A stretch of 64,000 nt of DNA from Nitrososphaerota archaeon (GCA_023379805.1 JAMCPI010000017.1:83977-147976); one strand, 5' to 3'; shown: positions 39,756-48,844, numbered from the stretch's first letter. Translations and numbers: made by a program. Notes: generated from the sequence alone by a model not told the origin.

Positions 39756-40181
39756 CTAGCTTCTGAGCCTGTAGGTTTCGTACCATAGGAAGAGCATGCC
39801 TGTTGAGCCGAGTGTGAGGAGGAGCAGTTTCTCTAAGCCTGTGTTTTGGAAGAAGAGGAGATAGGTTAAGAAGAGAGTGGTGTAAAATACTGAGTAGAAG
39901 AGGTATCTTGGAAGTCTGAGTCGTCTAATCTTGACGGAGGCTCCTATCAGATCTGTCTTGACTTCTTGAACAGCCACGTAGTCGCCGTATTCGTTCTGGG
40001 TCACCAAGCCGAGCTTCATGAGCTTCTCTAGATGGTAGCTCGCAAGCCCTGCGCTGGAGAGATTCAGGTCTCTCTGCAGCTCCCTTACACCCACAGGCTC
40101 TTTATGGTTAAGCATGTAGACGAGCACCTTGTAGGTGGTTCCTCTTAGTAGAGCGTCAAAATCCTCGGGGCCAACAGGCAA
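39756..40181 (-). CDS. Membrane-tethered winged-helix (ArsR-like) transcriptional regulator
   Basis: wHTH VGVRELQRDLNLSSAGLASYHLEKLMKLGLV followed by two TM helices. First gene of a same-strand trio. Confidence 0.6.
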   Translation of the reverse strand: MPVGPEDFDALLRGTTYKVLVYMLNHKEPVGVRELQRDLNLSSAGLASYHLEKLMKLGLVTQNEYGDYVAVQEVKTDLIGASVKIRRLRLPRYLFYSVFYTTLFLTYLLFFQNTGLEKLLLLTLGSTGMLFLWYETYRLRS

Positions 40182-40359
40182 CTTTAGCTCTCAATCCTTC
40201 CTTTTCGCAGCTCGTCCTGCTTAGAAGCGTTTCACGGTGCGATGATAATAAAGTTTGCAGAGCTGTACCGTGATATGGAAAGGTATTTAATTTAACGTAG
40301 AGCAGATTTAGGGGTTGCGTTAGCGATAACAGACAATGCCTGCAATGTGTGGTTAAAAC

Positions 40360-41538
40360 ATGAGTTCAAGTCGAAAAGCCAATGTTCCCCGTAATCTAAT
40401 ATGCGCCTTGCTATTCTCAACCCTGATTTACACGCTTGTAGTCTCAAGCGTAGGAGTAGCTTTAGCTCAAGAAACAGGCAGTGTTGATGTATCTGTACGC
40501 GGTTATGATGGAACCTCTGTTCTAACCGCTGCGTTAGTTGACGCTAACCATAGTGTTCTTGAGAATAAGACTGTTAACGCCCCAACATTTAGTTTCAGCA
40601 ATCTTGCTGTCGGTAAACAGTATACTGTCGTAGTGAGGTACAAGGGGATAGATTACTCTGCGCCAGTAGTTGTTTCTAACCAGACTTCGCGGAAAGTAGC
40701 AATCACGGTCTCTAATGTATCAGACTCTGACGACAATATCGTAGCGTCGCTGTACCAGATGTCTATCGAGCGCGGAAACAATTACCTGAATGTGACCGAG
40801 TTCATCAGGTTCAGGAACAACGGAAGCAGCGTGATCAACAATACAAGCATTAAGGTGGCTTTGCCCACAGGCTACAAGAACTTCGTTTGGGATCAAGACT
40901 GCTGTTACCAAGCAGCTGACTTCGGCTTCTTCTTTAAACCAACCGCGCCTTTACTGCCTAACGCGACAAAGACGATAAACTTCGCTTACCGACTCGAACC
41001 CACCACCGACGAATACACGTTTTCAAAGAAGTTCTACTATGGAACCGGAGATGTTTTCGTCACCGTGAATCCGAATGGCGGCTTAAAGGTAACGAACCAC
41101 AAGAATCTTTGGGAACAGGGTCAAGTTCCTGACAACGGTGTAACTCTCGACGTCTGGGGTGCTTCCAGCTTTTTACAGGGTGAAGATGTCTCAATCACCT
41201 TAGTCGGCTATAAAGGCGGCGGCGAGCTGAACCTAGTTTGGATCGGGACAGGCGTCTTAGCTGCAGTGATAGTAGGGGTGGTTGTATACAATTTCAGAGG
41301 TAACCGTGGATCAATAGAGAAGCTAAGATCCGAGGAGGAGGCGCTAACTTCAGTATTAAAGCAGGTGGACAAAGATTATGCCGCCAAAAAAATGGAAGAG
41401 GTAGAGTACTACAAACTGAGGTTAAAGTACAAAGAACGTTTGGACAAAATCCGGAAAAGAATCCAAGAACAACCCAAGAAGATAGAACCGAGCAAACGTA
41501 AAAAACCAGCTCGAAAAACCTCTAAAGGAACCGACTAA
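40360..41538 (+). CDS. Secreted, membrane-anchored protein with an N-terminal beta-sandwich (CarboxypepD_reg-like?) domain and a Lys-rich cytoplasmic coiled coil
   Basis: Signal peptide ..VGVALAQE, a TM near aa 295-315 and a charged tail. Confidence 0.5.
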   Translation: MSSSRKANVPRNLICALLFSTLIYTLVVSSVGVALAQETGSVDVSVRGYDGTSVLTAALVDANHSVLENKTVNAPTFSFSNLAVGKQYTVVVRYKGIDYSAPVVVSNQTSRKVAITVSNVSDSDDNIVASLYQMSIERGNNYLNVTEFIRFRNNGSSVINNTSIKVALPTGYKNFVWDQDCCYQAADFGFFFKPTAPLLPNATKTINFAYRLEPTTDEYTFSKKFYYGTGDVFVTVNPNGGLKVTNHKNLWEQGQVPDNGVTLDVWGASSFLQGEDVSITLVGYKGGGELNLVWIGTGVLAAVIVGVVVYNFRGNRGSIEKLRSEEEALTSVLKQVDKDYAAKKMEEVEYYKLRLKYKERLDKIRKRIQEQPKKIEPSKRKKPARKTSKGTD

Positions 41539-41637
41539 CTAACTAGCTGTCCAGCTGTTAACCTTCAATCATATGTTTTCAGCTTCTCAACGGCCGTATC
41601 GAAAGAGTTACTATCCCCTACTGTCAGGGTGGCTGTT

Positions 41638-42201
41638 ATGAGCCTATGGCATGATGTTAAGGTCGGTAGCAACGCGCCTGAAACTGTAAACGTGATCGTG
41701 GAGATACCGCAAGGCTCCCAGAACAAGTATGAATACGATAAAGAAAACAATCTGATTAAGCTCGACCGGGTTCTTTTCTCCCCGCTGCATTACCCTGGAG
41801 ATTACGGGTTGATTCCCCAAACCTTCGCGGAGGATGACGATCCTTTAGATGCTTTGGTGCTGGTTACCAACTCAACGTACCCCGGTGTCTTGATCGAAGC
41901 ACGGCCCATCGGTATGTTAAAGATGGTCGACGCGGGTAAAGTTGACAACAAGATTCTCTGCGTTGCAAAGAACGATCCAAGATACTCTGAATACGAAGAT
42001 GTCACGGACATTCGAGAACATGTTCTGAAAGAGATAGCTCACTTCTTCCAAGTCTACAAGGATCTAGAAGGAAAGAAGGTGGAGATCATCGGCTGGTTCC
42101 CTGTCGAAGACGCTAAACGCGTCATCATGAAGGCGGCGGACGCCTACAAACAAAAGTTTCACGGCGCAGAAAAGAAGAAGACAGGCAAGCGCCGTGGATG
42201 A
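41638..42201 (+). CDS. ppa: Inorganic pyrophosphatase (family I)
   Basis: VIVEIPQGSQNKYEYD, YPGDYGLIPQT and DDDPLDALVL are family I PPase motifs. I chose the ATG at 41638 (MSLWHDV) as the start. Confidence 0.9.
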   Translation: MSLWHDVKVGSNAPETVNVIVEIPQGSQNKYEYDKENNLIKLDRVLFSPLHYPGDYGLIPQTFAEDDDPLDALVLVTNSTYPGVLIEARPIGMLKMVDAGKVDNKILCVAKNDPRYSEYEDVTDIREHVLKEIAHFFQVYKDLEGKKVEIIGWFPVEDAKRVIMKAADAYKQKFHGAEKKKTGKRRG

Positions 42202-42483
42202 AGCGGCTTGCGGATCAAGTTTCTGTTTCTTCGACAAAACCATGAGTTAACAGGAGTAAAGGTAAAAGTCTAACCAATCACCTATTCTTTCAGAGCCAAC
42301 CTTCTATGTTCTGGGTAGAAGGATTATTATGATATCCTCGACAGCCAGGTTATTATCTAGATATCCACTTCTGTTTCTACAACATTTATTCCATTACAAT
42401 AAAGACAAACAATGTCAAATGTGTTAGGTAGTACACGTAGAGCAATAATACTGATTCATTGAATTTTAATTCAGGTAAACAAC

Positions 42484-43665
42484 ATGGTAATCAGATTTAA
42501 TCATCTAAAGAGACGTTTTAGTAGCGTCTCTAAGAGAGAGCTTCTGCTTGTATTGGGTTTGATTTGTCTGCTTCTAGTCGCTGCCTTCTCTAATAGCAGC
42601 GGTGCTCCTGTTGCGGCTGGCTCCTTTTTTTCTGCGTATGGTTTGCAGACGTATACCTTGACTTTTCAGGGTTACGACTACAACAATAAGGGGGAGGTGT
42701 CTGTGCTGGTCAACAACCAGGTTGTAGATACGCTGCCCACAAGCTATGCTTCACAGAACGCCAAGACCTTCGTCAGCTTCACACTCGACATCTCAAACTA
42801 CATAGTATCATCAGGAAGCAACACCATCACATTCCGCCAGAACCAGTACTCCTCAGGAGTACAAAACGTAAAAGTCACAGGACCAAACGGAGTACTATTG
42901 AGCGACATCTCGTACCATTCCATATGGATTGGAGGTACAAGCTCGGTAAGCTACAAGTTTAGTACTTCCTCTACAACGTCTACCACAACCACCAAAAGTT
43001 TTCCCACCGGAACATCATGGAATTCTAGGGTAGCCTGTACACCTATCAAGGTCAAGATTTCGGACATAACTGCACGAGCTACAGGGTCTACATCTTACGC
43101 AAACAGTATGTTTAGTCCTGGGATAACTGTGCCCTCGTATGCGCCAGCAGGTTCCGTGGCTAAGCGTTGGTTGACTAGTGGTCCAACTCCTTCAGGGTGG
43201 GTTTCTCCAGGGCCTCCTTGTTCCATTAGGAACAGTAAAGGACAGGTTGTAGGTGTCTTTGTAGAGATTGATGGTGTGAAGCGGGCAAAAGTGGTGGATG
43301 AGGACTACCACAGCACTTACGACCCGATTAACGGTGGGCGTTCAATGCCCAACGGTAAAATCTGGCCAGACAGCACCTTCAACATTTACGATCCAACAGT
43401 CTCTTCAGGCAGCTGCTCTTCACCCACCGACTCTAACTGTTATGCACGTATTCACCTAGAAATTGACAGTAACTGGAAGGCTGCTGGTTACTGCGGCTCA
43501 GGAACAGCATGCGATAATGCGGCTTTAGCCTCGAAAACAAGCTCCTATTCAACACTCATAGATGTGCAGGGATTCATATTCTGGGATCCAGGTCACGAGT
43601 TAGATCAGTGGCATAGCTTCAGCGGGTGGGAGCTTCACCCACTAACAGCATGGCGGGTGCACTAA
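42484..43665 (+). CDS. Secreted hypothetical protein with a short Ser/Thr linker and a Cys-containing C-terminal domain
   Basis: Signal anchor LLLVLGLICLLLVAAFS. No family motif recognised. Confidence 0.5.
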   Translation: MVIRFNHLKRRFSSVSKRELLLVLGLICLLLVAAFSNSSGAPVAAGSFFSAYGLQTYTLTFQGYDYNNKGEVSVLVNNQVVDTLPTSYASQNAKTFVSFTLDISNYIVSSGSNTITFRQNQYSSGVQNVKVTGPNGVLLSDISYHSIWIGGTSSVSYKFSTSSTTSTTTTKSFPTGTSWNSRVACTPIKVKISDITARATGSTSYANSMFSPGITVPSYAPAGSVAKRWLTSGPTPSGWVSPGPPCSIRNSKGQVVGVFVEIDGVKRAKVVDEDYHSTYDPINGGRSMPNGKIWPDSTFNIYDPTVSSGSCSSPTDSNCYARIHLEIDSNWKAAGYCGSGTACDNAALASKTSSYSTLIDVQGFIFWDPGHELDQWHSFSGWELHPLTAWRVH

Positions 43666-43687
43666 CTGAGTAGAGTAACTTAACCAG

Positions 43688-44005
43688 TTAGTCGCCCGAG
43701 ACTTTTTTCTCAGACTTCTTCGATCGTTTTCTAGAAGCTGGTGTTATCTTCTCCTTTAATGCAGGCGTCGTCCCAAGAAGCTGATCAAGAGTAAATTTCC
43801 TATCTGTTAATGAGATTATGTAGTTTCCTGTGCCTTCCACTACCACTAAAGCTACGGGGGAGATCCATACTCCAAAAACGGTTTTCTCTGCTCCTCCGCT
43901 CAATGTCGAGGTTTGAATCACCGGGTAGATTGTTTTGTCGTTAACGATGAGGGTTTTTCCGATCGAGGTCTTGGTCTCAACCTGTCCGATAGAGCTTATC
44001 TTCAA
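43688..44005 (-). CDS. Short GerW/YtfJ-like protein (tentative)
   Basis: KTLIVNDKTIYPVIQTSTLSGGAEK..FGVWISPVALVVV resembles the GerW core. 4-nt overlap with the upstream gene. Confidence 0.45.
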   Translation of the reverse strand: MKISSIGQVETKTSIGKTLIVNDKTIYPVIQTSTLSGGAEKTVFGVWISPVALVVVEGTGNYIISLTDRKFTLDQLLGTTPALKEKITPASRKRSKKSEKKVSGD

Positions 44006-44601
44006 TCGCTTTGGATCCTCCTCATGCTTGTGAAGAGCTGTCTCACCGGTTTCTTGGTCAACGCCTTCACTAGGGCTGCAGCAACCCAGAGTAGCCTAAT
44101 TTTCAGGTCGGTTATCAATGATCCTTCAAGCTGCTCTTCCTGAAAGTTCGGCCTTACAGAGAGGCCAGATTTGGGTAAACTGTTGACTAGTGATGCCAAA
44201 GACCACAGATAACCGCTCATAACAGCTGTCTCAACTGGGCCGCCTAAACCTAGCTTAACATCAACCGATAACCTCTCAATGGTAATCGACCTCAGGAATG
44301 TTCTTGTGATATCTGGGAGATATGGTAGAGACTCTAAGAGACGGTTACCGGTATCAGGCAAACGGCTCAAATCAGGTCGCCTCTTCTTCTCCTTCTTCTC
44401 TTTCTCCCTCTTTTTCTCTCCTGACGGTATCTTTCTACGGTATGTTAACACTAACCATTTTACACGTAGGTTTCCGCTGGTAGTGGAGCCCTGTCTCAGC
44501 AGCTGTAGCGATACGTGGAGCGGGATGAGCAGAACAGCCGCTAAAGCTGTTAGGATGATTATACCGATCGCGGCGAGAAAATAGATGAGGAAGTAGATCA
44601 A
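44002..44601 (-). CDS. DUF2953 (YtfI-like) membrane protein
   Basis: N-terminal TM, a Lys/Glu-rich insert and LGLGGPVETAVMSGYLWSL, similar to the DUF2953 core. Sits between two YtfJ-like genes, as ytfI-ytfJ does in Bacillus. Confidence 0.5.
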   Translation of the reverse strand: MIYFLIYFLAAIGIIILTALAAVLLIPLHVSLQLLRQGSTTSGNLRVKWLVLTYRRKIPSGEKKREKEKKEKKRRPDLSRLPDTGNRLLESLPYLPDITRTFLRSITIERLSVDVKLGLGGPVETAVMSGYLWSLASLVNSLPKSGLSVRPNFQEEQLEGSLITDLKIRLLWVAAALVKALTKKPVRQLFTSMRRIQSD

Positions 44602-44636
44602 CGACGCCCTTCACTCAACAGGACGTTATCGTCTAC

Positions 44637-45146
44637 TTACTTCTCTCCTTTTTTCTTTTCCGCCGCTGCTCCTCTCTCTTCTTCTCCTTCTTCCTCTCTT
44701 CCCTTCTTTTCTCTAAGCTTCTCTACAACTGCTGAGGTGAGCTCGCCTACAGTTTTTGCCAGCGGACCCGGTACAGATAACGGTAGAACTTTGACGCCAT
44801 CTGGCCCGCGCACTCCTTTGAAGACAACTATGAGACCCACAGGCTCTACGCCTGCTCCTCCACCTGCTCCTCCGCCTTTACCTCCCTCACCTTTCGTGCC
44901 TGTGCCTTCACCAGTACCGGCGCCGAAGCCCATGCCGATCCTCGTAACCGGGATTAGCGTCTTATCCTCCAGCTCGATACGTTCACCAATAACGTTATTG
45001 GTGGATAACACCTTTAGAAGCTCCTCAACTGTCGTCCTAATCTGCTCCTCTCCACTCACAACTACGACCTCAAATAGAGATGGTACTCCAAACATATCAA
45101 TCTTCGCAAAAAGCCCAACAAGCAGTACCAGATTGTTAAAACGCAT
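44637..45146 (-). CDS. GerW/YtfJ family protein
   Basis: GERIELEDKTLIPVTRIGMGFGAGTGEG..GGGAGGGAGVEPVGLIVV is the characteristic Spore_YtfJ pattern. The true start may be the internal ATG at 45095. Confidence 0.65.
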   Translation of the reverse strand: MRFNNLVLLVGLFAKIDMFGVPSLFEVVVVSGEEQIRTTVEELLKVLSTNNVIGERIELEDKTLIPVTRIGMGFGAGTGEGTGTKGEGGKGGGAGGGAGVEPVGLIVVFKGVRGPDGVKVLPLSVPGPLAKTVGELTSAVVEKLREKKGREEEGEEERGAAAEKKKGEK

Positions 45147-45260
45147 CGGGCTGTTAGAGCCTCCGCTAACTGGAGATGACTAAGTGATTCATTTACAAAA
45201 ATTAACGGTTACAAAAATAGGGAGTAGACGATCCCTAGTAAGGATCGTCTAGTGTATCTT

Positions 45261-47510
45261 CTATTTCTTTCTCATTACTAGTACTGCTGCGCCTACGATA
45301 GCTATTACTGCTATACCGACTGCCGCATAGGTGACTTCTGATGGTAGACCTGTTGTCTGTGTTACTTGTGAGGTTACTGTTGTGGTCTGGGTTTTAGCTG
45401 GTTGTGTTGATGTAACTGTTGTTGCTGTTGTTGCGGTTGTGGTTGCGGTTGCAGTGGTGGTGGATACACTTGTAGTGGCGGATGTGGTGGTAGCTGTTGT
45501 GGTTGTGGTAGTTGTTGCTGTGGTTGTAGCAGTAGTTGTAGCTGTGGTTGTTGTTATTGCTGTTGTAGTTATCGTGGTGGCTTTAGCCGCCTTGCCGGAC
45601 AGTCCTAGTGCGACTACGCTTCCAGGTGTGTTGCTGAGGCGAGTTCCTACCATTGTGAAGATCTTCATGTTTCCGTCGGAGTCTGCACCGATTGTTGGTC
45701 CGACTGTGATTGCTGAGCCGAGGTTCTTCTCGAACAGTGCTTTACCTGTGTCTGAGTCTAGTGCTCTGAAGTAGCCGTCTGTGAAGCCTGACATGACTAG
45801 TCCTGGAGTTACTATCATGTGTGCGCGTTGCTGTCCTATGCTGTAGAAGTAGGTCCATTTGGTGTTGCCGGTTGTTGCGTCTCTGGCCACGATGGTGGTG
45901 TTGAAGACTGGGTATGCCTTTGTCATGAAGAGGTTTCCTCCTTGTACGTATGGGAGCTCTCGTGTTAGAGTGAACTGCAGTGCTACTGCGTAGTGGAACA
46001 ATGTGTTTGTCTGTGGGTCATAACTCATATCCGTGCCGAAGATGCCGTTACCGAAGTACGGGTATACAATGCATGGAATAGTGCAGTATTTGCCTGGTTC
46101 ACCTGGAGCTTTTGCGGGGTAGCTGATCCAACCCCACTCCCTCATGTCGTATTGGCTGAATGGATCTGGTCGGAAGTACTTGATACCATCTGGAATAACC
46201 TTTAGTACCGAGGCACCGATTTGTCCAGTCTTTACTTGATCCTCCACGGTATCTTTAGTCCACAAGGGCTTACCTGTCTTAGCATCCATTGCATACAGAA
46301 TGCCTTCCTTGCATCCCTTCATGTAGACTTTACCTAGACCCTTGACATCAGCTAATACTCCGCTCCAGTTGCAGTCGTAGTCGTAGGGGTCATGCGGGAA
46401 GGGTTGTAGCCACCAGACTCTCTTTCCAGCATTCATGTCTATCGCCATGATTGTGGAGCCGTAGAGTCTTGGTCCGGGTGTCTGTGATAGGTTTGAGTAC
46501 GGTCCTTGGTTACCTGTTTGTGTGTAGACTATTCCTGTGTCTTCATCTACGACCATCTGTCCCCAGTTAGCTGTGACACCAGCCCATTTAGTGGGTGCCT
46601 GTCCTGGTTGAGCCCAGTCCCATTCAAGTCCTGCGAGGTTCTTGGCTTTTACTTCACTGCATGGGAAGGTTTGGAAGAAACCTATGTCGCACTCCTGTAG
46701 AGCCCAGTCTTTGGTGTGTTGATCTTGTGGTGGGAAGCTGTATACTCTCCATATGATGTTATATGGTGCATCCATGTTGATGCCCATTGTAACGTGTCTT
46801 GAGTCTGGTCCCACTAGGGTGCTGTGCATGCTACCGGGTAGAACATAGATGAACATGTGTCCTTTCTCGTAGGTTCCAATTTGGTTCATTGCGGGTAGGT
46901 TGTAGTTTGATCCGTACTTGTAGAGATTGCCTGGTACGTTCTTGCATAGGTCTTGTATTTGGAACTTGTCTTTACCTGTCTTGGCGTCTACTGCGTACAT
47001 ATCGCAGGCTGAGCCGAAGTCAAGTATTGCATCTCCACCCTCCCAGTATCGGATGCCGTGGTAGTGGCTTATGCTAGATATCACTACAGGCAGTCTATCT
47101 CTGGCTGCTGTGATATTGATTACGTAGTCATGTGTCCATTTCTGGGCGCCGGTCTTAGCGTCAATGGCGTAAAGGCGCTTGTAGTTGGTCATGATGTAGA
47201 CAACGCCGTTTCTCACGATTGGAGGAGTGCTGGAGCCTTCACCTAGGGTAACTGCTTGTAGCGCAGTTGGCGCTAGGGATTTGCTTCCAATTGGGAAGAT
47301 CCACTTTACCTCCAGATCGCCTACGTTATCCTTGTTGATCTGGGTCTGCGGGCTATAGTTTTGTGCCCACGAGTTGCCGTTTGTGTTCTGCCAATCCTTA
47401 CCGTTATCTGCTAGGGGTGCTGCGTACGCGAATGTTGTTGCGAATGTGCTGAACGCGAGAACGGCTAGTACAGTTAGTACAGTAACTCTGTGAGAGTTTA
47501 GATACTTCAT
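45261..47510 (-). CDS. PQQ-dependent dehydrogenase (methanol/ethanol family) with signal peptide, Thr-rich stalk and C-terminal TM anchor
   Basis: DWQNTNGNSWAQNYSPQTQINKDNVGDLEVKW..STPPIVRNGVVYIMT..LYAIDAKTGAQKW, repeated AxDxxTGK propeller motifs and PHDPYDYD. I moved the start to the ATG at 47510 (MKYLNSHR.., signal ..AYAAP). Confidence 0.85.
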   Translation of the reverse strand: MKYLNSHRVTVLTVLAVLAFSTFATTFAYAAPLADNGKDWQNTNGNSWAQNYSPQTQINKDNVGDLEVKWIFPIGSKSLAPTALQAVTLGEGSSTPPIVRNGVVYIMTNYKRLYAIDAKTGAQKWTHDYVINITAARDRLPVVISSISHYHGIRYWEGGDAILDFGSACDMYAVDAKTGKDKFQIQDLCKNVPGNLYKYGSNYNLPAMNQIGTYEKGHMFIYVLPGSMHSTLVGPDSRHVTMGINMDAPYNIIWRVYSFPPQDQHTKDWALQECDIGFFQTFPCSEVKAKNLAGLEWDWAQPGQAPTKWAGVTANWGQMVVDEDTGIVYTQTGNQGPYSNLSQTPGPRLYGSTIMAIDMNAGKRVWWLQPFPHDPYDYDCNWSGVLADVKGLGKVYMKGCKEGILYAMDAKTGKPLWTKDTVEDQVKTGQIGASVLKVIPDGIKYFRPDPFSQYDMREWGWISYPAKAPGEPGKYCTIPCIVYPYFGNGIFGTDMSYDPQTNTLFHYAVALQFTLTRELPYVQGGNLFMTKAYPVFNTTIVARDATTGNTKWTYFYSIGQQRAHMIVTPGLVMSGFTDGYFRALDSDTGKALFEKNLGSAITVGPTIGADSDGNMKIFTMVGTRLSNTPGSVVALGLSGKAAKATTITTTAITTTTATTTATTTATTTTTTTATTTSATTSVSTTTATATTTATTATTVTSTQPAKTQTTTVTSQVTQTTGLPSEVTYAAVGIAVIAIVGAAVLVMRKK

Positions 47511-47844
47511 ATACTTCAAGAGAGCCGCGTAGCTGCATGAGATATAAGCCTTACGCAAAAAAACGTAAATAAAATATATGCTTTGAGCCGAATCTATAAT
47601 CTTAGTATAAACTACGGTCAAAATAATATACTTGTATAAACCTAAATTTAATAAAAACGATACTGTAAAACCAGAGATCTGGACGAAAAAAGTAACTGAG
47701 CAATGAGAAAAAAAGAAAGTTGGATATGTCTGATCAGTTAGGCTGTTTTCATCACTATTACTGCTGTTTCACGCGGCGTTTCGAGGCGGATAGCATAAAT
47801 GCGCCTGAGTCAGGAGGTTAGCCATTCTTGGATCTGGTGTTTAG

Positions 47845-48120
47845 ATGACTGTTGCCTCTTCTTACTATGTGTATATTTTGAGGTGTAGGACGGGGCATCT
47901 TTACACCGGCTATACGAATAATGTGAAGAGGCGTTTATCGGAGCATCGTAAGGGAACCGCTTCGAAGTTCACGCGGAGCAGGCTTCCAGTCACCCTTGTG
48001 TATCAGGAGCGGCTTCGAAGTCGTGTAGAAGCAATGAGGCGAGAAGTGGCTGTCAAGAAGATGTCTCGAGCTGCTAAGCTCAAGATGTGTGGCCGCGCCT
48101 ATAAACGTGTCAAGAATTAG
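47845..48120 (+). CDS. GIY-YIG nuclease superfamily protein (UPF0213-like)
   Basis: YYVYILRCRTGHLYTGYTNNVKRRLSEHRKG. Confidence 0.8.
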   Translation: MTVASSYYVYILRCRTGHLYTGYTNNVKRRLSEHRKGTASKFTRSRLPVTLVYQERLRSRVEAMRREVAVKKMSRAAKLKMCGRAYKRVKN

Positions 48121-48272
48121 ATTATTTGTTCCAGCGGCTAAGATTGCTCTTTGTGATTTGTGGCAAGTGATCCTCGTAGTCTTAGTTACTTGAAGCGGAA
48201 TGTAACTATACTCTTACGTTGAAATAGAAAGATATATATGTAATCATTTGATTACATTGTCGGCTGAAGTGT

Positions 48273-48578
48273 ATGTCCACACTAGAAGAGCTGTCTGAAC
48301 AGATGAAGGCGCTAGGGCATCCATTGAGGCTGAGGATAGTGATCCTCCTAGGTAAGGAGCACGGTGACATGTACTTGAATGAAATCGCAAATGGCTTGAA
48401 GATTAGCCGTGCACTAGCGAAGATACATTTGAAGAAGCTGGAGCGCGCAGGCATAGTGAAGAGTCGCGTAGTCTTGGTTGAGGAGGAGACGCGAGCACTC
48501 CGATACTACCGGCTGCAAGAGTTCGACATACACGTGTCACCCGAGCTTCTCAAGAAGAAGGACCGAGGAGGTGAATGA
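48273..48578 (+). CDS. ArsR family transcriptional regulator
   Basis: ALGHPLRLRIVILLGKE..MYLNEIANGLKISRALAKIHLKKLERAGIV. Confidence 0.8.
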   Translation: MSTLEELSEQMKALGHPLRLRIVILLGKEHGDMYLNEIANGLKISRALAKIHLKKLERAGIVKSRVVLVEEETRALRYYRLQEFDIHVSPELLKKKDRGGE

Positions 48579-48844
48579 TAATGGAGACAAGAAACATAAT
48601 CATCATCGGCGTTTGGTCATTTTCAATAGTTTGGCTGGCTGGAATGCTTGTAGCTAGAGGTGACCTCACAATTGCAATGGTGCTGTTCTTCATAGCTATA
48701 GTGGTAAGCATAGTTGCGTCCGGACTGCCTAGCATGCAAACGCCACCTCAGCCGGAGCTTCTAACCGAGCTACAGAACATCAGGACAAGAATGGATACTC
48801 TGAGCAAAGAGGTCGAGGATATCAAGAAGACAATCGAGGAGTAG
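48575..48844 (+). CDS. Small two-TM membrane protein coupled to ArsR
   Basis: ATGA overlap with the ArsR gene, two hydrophobic helices and a coiled-coil tail. Confidence 0.5.
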   Translation: MIMETRNIIIIGVWSFSIVWLAGMLVARGDLTIAMVLFFIAIVVSIVASGLPSMQTPPQPELLTELQNIRTRMDTLSKEVEDIKKTIEE

